DNA of 64,000 nucleotides from Candidatus Uhrbacteria bacterium CG_4_9_14_3_um_filter_41_35 (GCA_002791275.1 PFWT01000009.1:8797-72796), one strand, 5' to 3'. Positions 1 through 9,190 are shown, numbered from the stretch's first letter. Numbers and translations are program-made. The notes: generated from the sequence alone by a model not told the origin.

Positions 1-11
1 TGCTAAAAGAT

Positions 12-1211
12 TTACCACTGCGCGTCGATTTCGTCTTTTTGTTTTAAGAAATCAGCCATTTGATCTTCAGGTATTGGATCGCCTTCTGGGAAGTCAACTT
101 CGAGCGGGTTAACGAGAGTGCCGTTTACCCGAACTTGGTAGTGAAGATGCGGACCTGTGGAACAACCTGTGGTGCCAGTGTAGCCGATAATATCACCCTG
201 GTGAACTGTTTGCCCGGCAACCACACTGAACTTGCTTAAATGGGCATATTGGGTTTCGTAAACACTATTGTGCTTTAGATCAATATTATTTCCAAAACAA
301 CCATTCCATTTTGCAAAAGTAACAGTTCCATCCGCTACGGCCATAATTGGTGTGCCGATTGGTGCTGCGTAGTCAATCGCGCGGTGAGGCATGGTTCTTT
401 CAAGAGTGGGGTGGAAGCGACTGTCGGTGTAACCAGAAGTGATTCTAGTAAAAGAGAGTGGGGCTTTTAAGAATTGTTTTACAAGCGAACCGCCATTTTC
501 CGTGTAGTAACTCACCTTACCGTTTGCGTCAACGTACCGGTAAGCAAAATAATGTTCACCAGAATTTACAAACTCACCTTTGATAATATTACCAACTCCC
601 GCCGGAATTCCATCCCGTGTGCGTTTTTCGTACATTACTTTCAAAGTATCTCCTGGCTGAACCTGTACAGAAAAATCAACTTCCCAGGCAAAGACATCGG
701 CAAATTTAATCACAGCCATTTCTGGTAGATTAGCATTTAACCAGTCAACATACATTGATTTTGTGATGGTAATTTTATCGGTAACAACGGAAATATCGTA
801 AGGAATTTCTTGCTCTGTTGTTTGAAAATTATTCTGTAGATCAACCACAAAAAGTTGATCAGTGTTTGGCTCATATTCGAGTCGTTTACGCACGCCGTCT
901 TCTGAGATTAATTTGATTGTTTTACCAAGTTTTACTTTAGTAAAATCAAATATCGGTTCCGCTGTTTCAACAATTTTTAGGGCGTCGCTATAGTCTATGC
1001 CAAGAGCCTCCATGGCTACGGTGAAGGTATCACCATCACCAATCGTGTATTCTTCTGTTTGAATATTCGGTTTTTGCTCCTCTGGTTCTTGATTTTGATC
1101 GGCCGGATGCTCATCTCCACTTAAATCTTGAGCTTCTAGTTTAGTGTGAGAGACGTAGTAGATACCAGTAACAGAACCAATGAGTAGTATAAGTAATAAT
1201 ATCTTTTTCAT
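12..1211 (-). CDS. M23 family metallopeptidase (LytM-like) with N-terminal signal/TM anchor
   Basis: C-terminal region has the M23 LytM-domain signature (HxxxD-like, PHLHY motif: GTPIMAVADGTV...GCSTGPHLHYQV). Hydrophobic N-terminus MKKILLLILLIGSV. Confidence 0.8.
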   Translation of the reverse strand: MKKILLLILLIGSVTGIYYVSHTKLEAQDLSGDEHPADQNQEPEEQKPNIQTEEYTIGDGDTFTVAMEALGIDYSDALKIVETAEPIFDFTKVKLGKTIKLISEDGVRKRLEYEPNTDQLFVVDLQNNFQTTEQEIPYDISVVTDKITITKSMYVDWLNANLPEMAVIKFADVFAWEVDFSVQVQPGDTLKVMYEKRTRDGIPAGVGNIIKGEFVNSGEHYFAYRYVDANGKVSYYTENGGSLVKQFLKAPLSFTRITSGYTDSRFHPTLERTMPHRAIDYAAPIGTPIMAVADGTVTFAKWNGCFGNNIDLKHNSVYETQYAHLSKFSVVAGQTVHQGDIIGYTGTTGCSTGPHLHYQVRVNGTLVNPLEVDFPEGDPIPEDQMADFLKQKDEIDAQW

Positions 1212-1422
1212 GTATAACTAAGTTTAGCATAATTTGAAGTTGAGGAAAGGGCTTTATATATAATCTGTAAATATGAGGTTATGGCCAGGTATACAGAGAG
1301 TTTTGGCCAATATTTGTAGATAAACATTGACAAATCCTAAAAATAAGCTATTATTGCCTTTGTTAATCATCGAGTTAACGCAAAAAAATAAATACGCAAC
1401 TAAACCCTAAAACCCGACAATT

Positions 1423-2889
1423 ATGAGTGAACACGGAGACGTAATTTTAAGATTTGATGAAGTCAATTTTGGCTACACAGAAAAGAAGCTCTTAATGGAA
1501 GAAGCTAGTTTTTCGGTTCGCGAAAATATGAAACTGACACTAATGGGTCAGAACGGGGCAGGGAAGAGTACGATTTTTAAAATGATAACTGGTGATCTTG
1601 AACCACTAAAGGGAAAAATTCATATTAAAAACGGCACTACAATTGGTATTTCAAAGCAGGTTATGGATCGAAAATACGCTGAGATGTCGGTGTATCAATA
1701 CTTCGAAACAGCCTTTGTAGATGTGCCAAGAAATTTGCCAAAACTCATTGATGATGTTTTGGAAGTTGTAAATTATCAAGTACCACTTGATATGGTGGTA
1801 AAGAATTTGTCTGGTGGTCAGCAGGCTAGACTATTACTGGCTCATGCTTTGATTAGCAAACCTGATATTTTGTTGCTCGACGAGCCAACAAATAACCTCG
1901 ATGACGAAGGAATCGGTCATTTAATTAGTTTTCTGATGATGTATGAAAAAACTGTAATGGTTATTTCACATGACGCCGACTTCCTAAATACTTTTACAGA
2001 CGGCGTGGTTTATCTCGACGCTATGACAAAAGAGATTGATCAGTACGTTGGTGACTATTACGATGTTTCAGAAAAGATTGCTAAGCGAGTAGAAGCAGAA
2101 CAACGAAAGAACGCTCAGCTAAAAAAAGAGATTCAGGAAAAGAAAGACAAGGTGAACTTCTTCGCGCATAAGGGTGGAAAAATGCGTAAACTAGCATCTA
2201 AATTGCGAGACGATATTGAGTCTGCCGAAGCCAGTAAAGTGTTTGTGAAGGAGGATGATAAAACAATATCTTCATTTATAATTCCGGCGCTTGAGTACAC
2301 CAAACCCGTTGTAACCATTAGTTCAGTCGGTATTTGGGTGAACCACGAACAGGTGCAGAAAAAGGTGAATATTGAACTAAGACGCCGAAGTCGTCTTATC
2401 GTGAAAGGACCAAACGGAATTGGAAAAACAACACTGCTTGAACGGTTGGCTAACAGGCAAGAAGCTGGAGCGGTTATTCCAGCGGATGTAACGGTCGGTT
2501 ATTACAGACAGGACTTTTCAGGCCTTGATTTCAGTCAGAAAGCTTTTGATTCATTGCTCGAGGTAATGGAAAGTGGCAATAACGAAACAGTGTACGCAAT
2601 AGCAGCGAAATTTTTACTGCGCGGCGATGTTTTGAGCCAGGAGATTGGAATGTTGTCGGAAGGACAAAAAGCCTTACTTTCATTTGCTCGTTTCGTTTTG
2701 CAAAAGCCAAACCTACTTATTTTAGACGAGCCAACAAACCACGTAAACTTCAGACACCTGCCAGTTATTGCCAAGGCACTTGATGTCTACGATGGCGCAA
2801 TGATTATGGTTAGTCACGATGCCGAGTTTGTAAAGCAAATCAAATTCGACGACGAACTAGATCTTGGACGTCTTCGTGATCGAGAATAA
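1423..2889 (+). CDS. ABC-F family ATPase (two tandem ABC domains, no TM domain)
   Basis: Two Walker A motifs (GQNGAGKST, GPNGIGKTT), two signature motifs (LSGGQQAR, LSEGQKAL) and two Walker B (LLLDEPTNNLD, LILDEPTNH). Soluble ABC-F architecture with an inter-domain linker. Confidence 0.85.
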   Translation: MSEHGDVILRFDEVNFGYTEKKLLMEEASFSVRENMKLTLMGQNGAGKSTIFKMITGDLEPLKGKIHIKNGTTIGISKQVMDRKYAEMSVYQYFETAFVDVPRNLPKLIDDVLEVVNYQVPLDMVVKNLSGGQQARLLLAHALISKPDILLLDEPTNNLDDEGIGHLISFLMMYEKTVMVISHDADFLNTFTDGVVYLDAMTKEIDQYVGDYYDVSEKIAKRVEAEQRKNAQLKKEIQEKKDKVNFFAHKGGKMRKLASKLRDDIESAEASKVFVKEDDKTISSFIIPALEYTKPVVTISSVGIWVNHEQVQKKVNIELRRRSRLIVKGPNGIGKTTLLERLANRQEAGAVIPADVTVGYYRQDFSGLDFSQKAFDSLLEVMESGNNETVYAIAAKFLLRGDVLSQEIGMLSEGQKALLSFARFVLQKPNLLILDEPTNHVNFRHLPVIAKALDVYDGAMIMVSHDAEFVKQIKFDDELDLGRLRDRE

Positions 2890-2896
2890 ATAAAAC

Positions 2897-2926
2897 AAAA
2901 AAATATCAGCAATGATATTTTTTTGT
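2897..2926 (+). terminator. Rho-independent terminator after ABC-F gene
   Basis: 10-bp stem aaaaatatca/tgatattttt with gcaa loop, followed by a T-run. Confidence 0.55.
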
Positions 2927-2981
2927 TTGTTTAACTTCAAATTAATTATTCTGACTAGTGCGGACTAAAACAATTGAATAT

Positions 2982-3010
2982 AAAAAATACGCCCCGGAGG
3001 GCGTATTTTT
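2982..3010. terminator. Bidirectional rho-independent terminator (serves convergent ABC-F and csp genes)
   Basis: Stem tacgccc/gggcgta with a 4-nt loop, flanked by an A-run upstream and a T-run downstream. Confidence 0.6.
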
Positions 3011-3020
3011 AAAGCACCAA

Positions 3021-3218
3021 TTAGATGCGTGTAACGTTTACAGCTCGTGGTCCTTTTTCTGACTCCTCAATGTCGAATGACACTTTGTCATCAACGTTAA
3101 GTTCGTCATAGGTTACATTTACTAGTGAAGAAGAGTGGAAAAATGTATCTCCGCTCTGTCCTTCAACAGTGATGAAACCAAATCCCTTGTCTGTAAGAGT
3201 TTTGATTGTTCCTTCCAT
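3021..3218 (-). CDS. cspA: Cold-shock protein (CspA family, S1-like cold-shock domain)
   Basis: 65 aa. RNP1-like motif KGFGFI and the FFHSS motif typical of CspA-family proteins. Confidence 0.85.
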   Translation of the reverse strand: MEGTIKTLTDKGFGFITVEGQSGDTFFHSSSLVNVTYDELNVDDKVSFDIEESEKGPRAVNVTRI

Positions 3219-3358
3219 AGTATTGGTTAGAAGTGACTTAACTGCAAATTTTGCCTACTTGGAAAATCTACAGACTTTCACTTCGGTTACTTTTCACGGT
3301 ATAAATATACACCAGAACCGCTTTTTTGTCAAGCGGGGCTGTGGTAAGCTTATTTTGT

Positions 3359-3871
3359 ATGCAGATACCAAAACGTAAATCAGAAGAGGATAGACGCAAT
3401 TTGGCTGGTCCTGTTGATAACTATGTTACCAGGGCTAGGCTGGAAGGATGGAAAAAGGAGCTAATAAGGCTTAAAACGGTCGATCACAGGCCAGCGGCCG
3501 AGGAGGTGGCAAGAACCCAAGCAATGGGGGACCTGAGCGAAAATGCCGGTTATCAAGACGCAAAATGGCGTTTAAGAAAGATTAACGCCCGTATCCTCTC
3601 GTTAAATGAAATGATTAAAAATGCTGTAGTGATAGAGACTGGAACAAATCCAGACGGTAGTATAAAAGTCGGTTCAACGGTCATTTTGGAGCAAAATGGT
3701 CAGGAAAATACTTTTATAATTCTGGGAACTTCAGAGTCAAATCCACTGCAGGGGCGGATTTCATATTCCTCACCTCTTGGCTCGCTACTTTTAAATAAAC
3801 ACGCCGGCGATACAGTTCAGGTAAAAACCCTGAATGCAGAAATAAACTATAAAATTTTAAGAGTCAGTTAG
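3359..3871 (+). CDS. greA: Transcription elongation factor GreA
   Basis: N-terminal coiled-coil followed by GDLSENAGYQDAKWR, matching the GreA/GreB signature. Start moved to the internal MQIPKRK Met because the upstream ORF extension lacks homology; the true start is uncertain. Confidence 0.75.
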   Translation: MQIPKRKSEEDRRNLAGPVDNYVTRARLEGWKKELIRLKTVDHRPAAEEVARTQAMGDLSENAGYQDAKWRLRKINARILSLNEMIKNAVVIETGTNPDGSIKVGSTVILEQNGQENTFIILGTSESNPLQGRISYSSPLGSLLLNKHAGDTVQVKTLNAEINYKILRVS

Positions 3872-3875
3872 TATT

Positions 3876-4769
3876 ATGGCAATAAAAAAACAAATTAATT
3901 TATTCAATTCGGTCCAAAAATTTAGAGATGGTTTTATAGCTGGCTGTGAAAAAAATAATATTATTTTAAAACCACTAAAAACCTCACAGCTGATTATACA
4001 TTTAAAAAATACAGAGGCGGGTCATTTTATTTATAATAATGAAGAGATCGATATTGACAGTTCGTACAATTTTATTCAGTTAAGAGGCAAAGAATCTCAG
4101 ATCCCAACACTCCTTGCGATGTACGCGAAAGCCAGAAATATAAAATTTAACGATGAAATCAATACCGAGCACACCATGAATGCGAATAAAATTGCGCAGA
4201 TGATGATGCTCTGGTTATCAGATTTACCTATTCCAGAAACGATTATATGTTCCAGCTATTCATTTAAGGCAAACACAGAATATATTCAAAATAAACTTAA
4301 TTTTCCTGTTGTACTTAAGAAAAATGGCGATAGGGGAACTGAAGTCTGGAAGATTGAATCGTTTACTGAACTTAGTTTGAAGCTTGAAATAACTGATGCA
4401 GTTAAGGAATCATCAAAGACTGAAAAAAAGGTGGAGGTGTATGTAATTCAAGAATATATTCCAAATACTTTTGATTTTCGTGTGGCAATGTTTCAAGGTG
4501 AGGTGCTTAAGATTATTAAAAGAACGTCAAAAGACGGTTTCTATAACAACTGTTCACTCGGAGCGGACTGGGAGTTTTCGGAAATCGAAGCGGAGGAACT
4601 TGCGCTTTCAAAAAAAGCTTGCGAGGTAGCTCGCTTAGACCTTGCTGGAGTCGATTTTGTAAGAACGGAAAATGGCATCAAATTTTTTGAGATAAATCAA
4701 TCACCGCAACTAACAGCTGAATATGCTGAAAAGATTGTGGAGATTATTGATCGGAAGTATTTGGGGTGA
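3876..4769 (+). CDS. RimK-like ATP-grasp family ligase
   Basis: C-terminal ATP-grasp fold motifs (VYVIQEYIP, DFRVAMFQGEVL, GVDFVRTENGIKFFEINQSPQ) resembling RimK/glutathione-synthetase-type ligases. Confidence 0.6.
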   Translation: MAIKKQINLFNSVQKFRDGFIAGCEKNNIILKPLKTSQLIIHLKNTEAGHFIYNNEEIDIDSSYNFIQLRGKESQIPTLLAMYAKARNIKFNDEINTEHTMNANKIAQMMMLWLSDLPIPETIICSSYSFKANTEYIQNKLNFPVVLKKNGDRGTEVWKIESFTELSLKLEITDAVKESSKTEKKVEVYVIQEYIPNTFDFRVAMFQGEVLKIIKRTSKDGFYNNCSLGADWEFSEIEAEELALSKKACEVARLDLAGVDFVRTENGIKFFEINQSPQLTAEYAEKIVEIIDRKYLG

Positions 4770-4837
4770 TTCGTTTTGAATATGACTTAGAGCGGGGAGT
4801 GATTTTTCTCCCGCCGCCCTTTGTTATTCACAAAACC

Positions 4838-5014
4838 CGTCATTCTGAGGTGAACGTGGATCGTACCGAGGAATCTTATTGCCTCGTCATTCAGAGCCTA
4901 ACGTGAATCACGGCGAAGAATCTCAGTGTTGAATTACAGCGTAAACAAGTTTCTGTTTAGTAAAGAGCGAAGGAGATCCTTCAGCGTAATCTGGCGCTCG
5001 CTTCAGGATGACGG
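4838..5014. repeat. MITE-like composite repeat unit (locus A, copy 1: two head modules + body + tail)
   Basis: Begins CCGTCATTCTGAGGTGAACGTGGA and ends CTTCAGGATGACGG, an imperfect 14-bp terminal inverted repeat with 2 mismatches. Near-identical units recur at 23388-23560 and 36363-36950. Confidence 0.8.
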
Positions 5015-5079
5015 TATGGGTAAAGGGCGACTAATTAAAACAACGAAATAAAAAAAACACATCGCATTATCAAAACCAA

Positions 5080-5133
5080 ACCGTCATTCTGAGGTGAACG
5101 TGAACTACACCGAAGAATCTTAGTGCTGGATTA
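5080..5133. repeat. Partial head module of the same repeat family (locus A, copy 2), abutting the stop of the convergent ATP-grasp gene
   Basis: CCGTCATTCTGAGGTGAACGTGAACTACACCGAAGAATCT matches the head consensus. It is preceded by the conserved linker TATGGGTAAAGGGCGACTAATTAAAACAACG...AAAACCAAA. Confidence 0.7.
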
Positions 5134-6090
5134 CTTAGTCAGGTGTTCTAGTATTTTTTTCAAAACGTTCCTTGTTTTTCCGTAGGTTGGGTTGTAGTGA
5201 ATGAAATAATCTGGCTTGCCGTTAACTTCAAGTAGGTTGAATGTTCCCTTGGTTGGCTTGAGTGAAATATCTTCGCAAATAATGTCGATACCGATCAAAT
5301 TTTTACCAACAGCTTCGGTAGTTCTAACGCAGATTTTTTTTACATCTTCGTGTATTAAATCTGTAATATCTTTCGTTTCGCCACCTTCTGCGATACAGGA
5401 ATTCCCTTTAATATAAATAACCTCACCAGTTTTTGGAACGTTTGACAGCTTATAATTTTGCGAAGCAAGCATTTGTCTTAATAATTTGTCGAACTTTGTT
5501 TTACGTTTCGTTTCTTTTTGCTTGACCCTTATTAAGGTTTTAATATTTAAAATTCCATCACCAATAATATTCGGATGAATCATTTCAAGTCCAGCAATAA
5601 TTTCATTTTCGAGCACTAAGATTCTATATTCTTTACCACTAACCATTTCTTGCGCAACTAAACTGTCAAACCTTTTAATTTTTTGTTTTACAACCGCTAG
5701 CGCATCCTGGGGATTTTTGATATTAAGAACAATTCCAAGACTATTTGAACCTGTGGCGTCCTTAACAATGATCGGATAATGTAGTTTTTTTAGTTTCTTA
5801 AGAGCGGTGACTTTACTAAAACTACTTCTGTAAAAGCTCATTGTCTGTGGGGTTGGTAGATTTGATTTTTTTAAAAGTGTGTAGGTTAAATCCTTACATT
5901 TTGTTGTAGCAACGGTTGAGTAGGCGTTTTTTGGGATAGCAATATGGTACTCAAGAAACAGTTCTTGGTTATTGTACTCAACTAAATGACAGTCTCTTTC
6001 TTTTACAAAATTGGATATTTTTCCACCCGCTTTCGATATTACGCTCTGCATAATATCGAATTTACTATTCGTTGCTATTTTTTTAAACAT
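5131..6090 (-). CDS. ATP-grasp family protein (cyanophycin-synthetase/RimK-like fold), function unknown
   Basis: ATP-grasp-like motifs (KEYRILVLENEIIAG, GIDIICEDIS, LLEVNGKPD). Convergent with the RimK-like gene across the repeat locus. Confidence 0.5.
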   Translation of the reverse strand: MFKKIATNSKFDIMQSVISKAGGKISNFVKERDCHLVEYNNQELFLEYHIAIPKNAYSTVATTKCKDLTYTLLKKSNLPTPQTMSFYRSSFSKVTALKKLKKLHYPIIVKDATGSNSLGIVLNIKNPQDALAVVKQKIKRFDSLVAQEMVSGKEYRILVLENEIIAGLEMIHPNIIGDGILNIKTLIRVKQKETKRKTKFDKLLRQMLASQNYKLSNVPKTGEVIYIKGNSCIAEGGETKDITDLIHEDVKKICVRTTEAVGKNLIGIDIICEDISLKPTKGTFNLLEVNGKPDYFIHYNPTYGKTRNVLKKILEHLTK

Positions 6091-6252
6091 AATAGAAAAC
6101 TAGCAGAAAAATTAGCAAAAGTCAATTAATTTATAAAATAAATAATAGAGTCTAGTCTCTATTATTTATTTCTAGTTCCGAATTTAAATTCAAATTCCTT
6201 TCAGCACTCGTTATTTTTTTGAGTCTGTTGAACTAATGTGTCGAAAACTAAA

Positions 6253-6672
6253 TTAGCTAATTTCTTTTATAATTTCCAGAGTGCCGTCTTGAATATGTTT
6301 AAAACGGTCGTTATAAAGTGGGGTACCACCGAACCATCTTGTTACGACGATAACTACGTTGATTAAATTAGCTTTCCGAATCACTCTCAAAATTATCATC
6401 CCAGCTCCAGCTTCGCCATCGTCTGATTTTAACTCAATGACCTTGTTGTTAATTTTAAACTTTGCTGCAAAGCTGTTGTGGCTAGCCTGACGATAATGTT
6501 TATCTGCTTTTAGTTTCTTTAAAAACTTTTTGAGATCATCTTCATTTTCAACTAGGGAAGCGGTTACACTATATTTTGATCCGCGATCAATAATGATTTG
6601 ATGTAGTTGTAAGTAGTTTACTTTTGGTGGTTTTTCCAAATTCAAAAAAAAGCCGATTTGATCTGTATTCAT
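6253..6672 (-). CDS. IMPACT/YigZ family protein (UPF0029 N-terminal domain)
   Basis: Motifs DRGSKYS, SDDGEAGAGMIIL and VVTRWFGGTPL are characteristic of the YigZ/IMPACT N-terminal domain. Confidence 0.6.
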   Translation of the reverse strand: MNTDQIGFFLNLEKPPKVNYLQLHQIIIDRGSKYSVTASLVENEDDLKKFLKKLKADKHYRQASHNSFAAKFKINNKVIELKSDDGEAGAGMIILRVIRKANLINVVIVVTRWFGGTPLYNDRFKHIQDGTLEIIKEIS

Positions 6673-6673
6673 A

Positions 6674-7303
6674 TTATTTTTTCAGGTAGATGTAGATGAG
6701 TCCTGAAAGTACGGCAGAGAATAAACACCAAACGGAATAGGAAGCGTAGTTAAAAAATACCCAAGCAACCCCGGCGGAGATGAGGATTAGTAGGCCGAAG
6801 AATTTTATTCGTTTATCCGAGGCCACAAACATACTGCCGACCACCGCAGTGACGTAGATCAAAACACCAGTTGTGCGTAGATCGGTAATTGCTCCATAAA
6901 CAACATGGTGTTCAATTGCCTCGATGAACAGTTGACTGGTTGCTAGGGACAAGATACCGCCTAGTGTTGTTAAGAACCCTAAAAGTGCTAAGCCCTTGAG
7001 GATTTTTTTAGAATTTTTGTTTGTTTCCACACTGTAAACAGCAAGTGGAATGTAGGTTGGCCAAACCAGGAAAGCAAAGAATAGAAAGCCGTAGCCAAAA
7101 CATGCGTTTACTTCACCGGCATTTAAAAACAACCACTGCGAGCCTTCCAAAAACTGCTGGATTCCAAACATTATTGGAATAGCCGCAATCATTCTTTTAT
7201 CTTTTGCTGAATTTCGTAAGGTTATAGCTCCGGTTCCGAGGAGCCCAGCACTACTTATAAAACTAACAGGGGCAGAAAAACACATAATATTTATATTATA
7301 CAT
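6674..7303 (-). CDS. Hypothetical polytopic membrane protein
   Basis: About 6 predicted hydrophobic helices. No recognisable catalytic motif. Confidence 0.4.
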   Translation of the reverse strand: MYNINIMCFSAPVSFISSAGLLGTGAITLRNSAKDKRMIAAIPIMFGIQQFLEGSQWLFLNAGEVNACFGYGFLFFAFLVWPTYIPLAVYSVETNKNSKKILKGLALLGFLTTLGGILSLATSQLFIEAIEHHVVYGAITDLRTTGVLIYVTAVVGSMFVASDKRIKFFGLLILISAGVAWVFFNYASYSVWCLFSAVLSGLIYIYLKK

Positions 7304-7357
7304 TATGTTTTTATGTAGCTAAGCTTGATATTCACAAATGATTAAGCTTAGAAGAGC

Positions 7358-7948
7358 CTAATCATCAAAATCATCGTCATTGTCGTCGTTATCGTCATCG
7401 TAATCGTCGGAGTCAGAATTGTTTTCATTATTAATCAGATAGTCATCAAAATCATCTGTTTCATCTTCATCAGAGCTATCATTATCTAGATAATTTGTTT
7501 CGCCGTCGTTATCAATATCTTGATCAACTGCATCGCTTATACCATCACGATCAAGATCAGGTATATTCTGTTCAAGAGTGTCAACAAGACCGTTATTATT
7601 GTTATCAATATCAATGTCGTCGCTTAATCCGTCATTATCTTTATCGTAGTTTGCCTGATCAACAGTGTCTACAATTGTGTCTCCGTCCTCATCAGAATCG
7701 TCTATGTCATTAATTCCGTTGTTATTATGATCAAATGGATATTCATCATTTACGTCTAAGATATTGTCATTATCGTCGTCTTTATCAATTAAATCAATAA
7801 TTCCATCATGATCATTGTCGTGTGCAAACGCAGAATTACTATCTAATAACTGGCCAACTAAAAAGCCTAGTATAACAAAGCAAACCGAGGTAATAAGAAT
7901 GGTAATTTTTTTTGACATAGCTTTATGTAATGAATTAACGTATTTCAA
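7358..7948 (-). CDS. Membrane-anchored Asp-rich protein with five DxDxDG calcium-binding (thrombospondin type-3-like) repeats and a poly-D/N tail
   Basis: N-terminal TM helix ITILITSVCFVILGFLVG. Repeats DNDHDGIIDLID, DSDEDGDTIVD, DKDNDGLSDDID, DLDRDGISDAVD and DIDNDGETNYLD. The C-terminus is almost entirely D, N and S. Confidence 0.6.
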   Translation of the reverse strand: MKYVNSLHKAMSKKITILITSVCFVILGFLVGQLLDSNSAFAHDNDHDGIIDLIDKDDDNDNILDVNDEYPFDHNNNGINDIDDSDEDGDTIVDTVDQANYDKDNDGLSDDIDIDNNNNGLVDTLEQNIPDLDRDGISDAVDQDIDNDGETNYLDNDSSDEDETDDFDDYLINNENNSDSDDYDDDNDDNDDDFDD

Positions 7949-7987
7949 TTGACATATAACACGATTCTGTTATTATGATAACATTAT

Positions 7988-9190
7988 ATGAATAAAAAAA
8001 TCAATTCTGCACAGTATTTGACCGAGTTTGTGAAGAACTCAGGTTTTTTTATTACTCTATTGTTTATTTATGAGATAATTTTTCAGCCAGTTAATCTTTT
8101 TGAAATTAGCCATTTTGTAATTTTATTTTGTAGTATTTTTCAGGCATTTATTTTAGTTCGTTACAATTTTCGTGGCTATAAACTTTATTTAGCTAATTTG
8201 CTTGCGCCGTTTGCCTATCTCATTTTTGAATTTTTATTTGACCGCGGAGACTTTTTACTGGGTTACCATTTTATTTATTTTGCAGTGAGTTTATCTGTAG
8301 CTATTTTAATTGTATTTGAGAAAGAGTTTAATAAAGATAATTTGAAAATAAACATCATATTTTCAATTACTAGGAATATTATTAGAGTTTCGGCAATTCC
8401 GGCGTTGTCAGCAATTGGGGTTTCGAATAAATTATTTTTAGATGATAATTGGCAGGCTTTTAGCAGTGTAATTTTACAGCGAGAAAGCCTTTATATAACT
8501 GTAACATTATTTTTCCTTGCAACTTTACTTGGGATTGAGTCTGGGATTGTAGATTATCTGTTAGAAGAGTCAAATGCTGTAAAGGAAAAAATCAAAAATC
8601 TGTCGTTTAAAATGATTGGTCGAGGAATCGTGGAGGATGCGATGGATAAAGGTTTTCACGATCTCAAAAAAACTGAGCGGAGTGTGCTGTTTATGGATAT
8701 TCGTGGTTATACCGCGTTTAGTGATGCTTATGATCAGAAAACGCTCGGGGATGTTATGAATCAATATTACGACCTTGCTTCAAATATTGTGCACGCACAC
8801 AATCTTGAGCAAATAAAATTTGCTGGTGATGAAGTAATGGCAGTTTTTAAAAACCCGGCAGACTGCTTAGCGTCAGCTCTTACACTAGCTAAAGAAATAA
8901 ATGATTTTTTGGATGGTTATAAATTATCTGTGGGTATTGGAATAAATTCAGGTATTTGTCTTGAGGGATTTGTGGGTTCAAGTGAGGTAAAAAAATACGA
9001 TGTGTTTGGTGACATGATCAATGTATGTAAACGAATAGAAGGGAAGGCTGGTCAATATGAAATTACAACTACAAAAGAGGGAACAGAGATTTTTAAAGAT
9101 AAACGAATTACCTGGGAGCTAGATTCTTACGATCATGAATTAAAAGGAAAAACAAAACCAATTCAAATTTACAGATCTCAAATAAAATAA
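7988..9190 (+). CDS. Membrane-bound class III adenylate/guanylate cyclase
   Basis: N-terminal multi-TM region plus a C-terminal cyclase homology domain (VLFMDIRGYTAFS, KFAGDEVMAVF, GIGINSGICLEGFVGS). Confidence 0.75.
   Translation: MNKKINSAQYLTEFVKNSGFFITLLFIYEIIFQPVNLFEISHFVILFCSIFQAFILVRYNFRGYKLYLANLLAPFAYLIFEFLFDRGDFLLGYHFIYFAVSLSVAILIVFEKEFNKDNLKINIIFSITRNIIRVSAIPALSAIGVSNKLFLDDNWQAFSSVILQRESLYITVTLFFLATLLGIESGIVDYLLEESNAVKEKIKNLSFKMIGRGIVEDAMDKGFHDLKKTERSVLFMDIRGYTAFSDAYDQKTLGDVMNQYYDLASNIVHAHNLEQIKFAGDEVMAVFKNPADCLASALTLAKEINDFLDGYKLSVGIGINSGICLEGFVGSSEVKKYDVFGDMINVCKRIEGKAGQYEITTTKEGTEIFKDKRITWELDSYDHELKGKTKPIQIYRSQIK

Noticed and set aside
474-728. Short ORFs embedded antisense or out of frame inside well-supported genes (e.g. 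474..728, 2133..2318, 2535..2774, 7495..7713, 8570..8764, 11556..12071, 13318..14204, 14882..15112, 15790..16071, 17071..17295, 19715..19999, 24369..24725, 27411..27692, 31340..31735, 32644..32999, 33661..33982, 35216..35779, 37155..37804, 40841..41425, 43356..43550, 44598..45011, 48206..48499, 48977..49454, 50451..50693, 51340..51528, 56933..57258, 61232..61471, 62300..63080, 63540..63728).
   Set aside because: They overlap longer ORFs that carry clear conserved motifs. They lack motifs themselves and have odd composition. They are treated as spurious shadow ORFs.
3169-3378. ORF 3169..3378 (+) spanning the csp promoter region, and the N-terminal extension of the greA ORF (3326-3358).
   Set aside because: It overlaps cspA antisense and the intergenic promoter. 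The GreA homology begins at the internal MQIPKRK Met.
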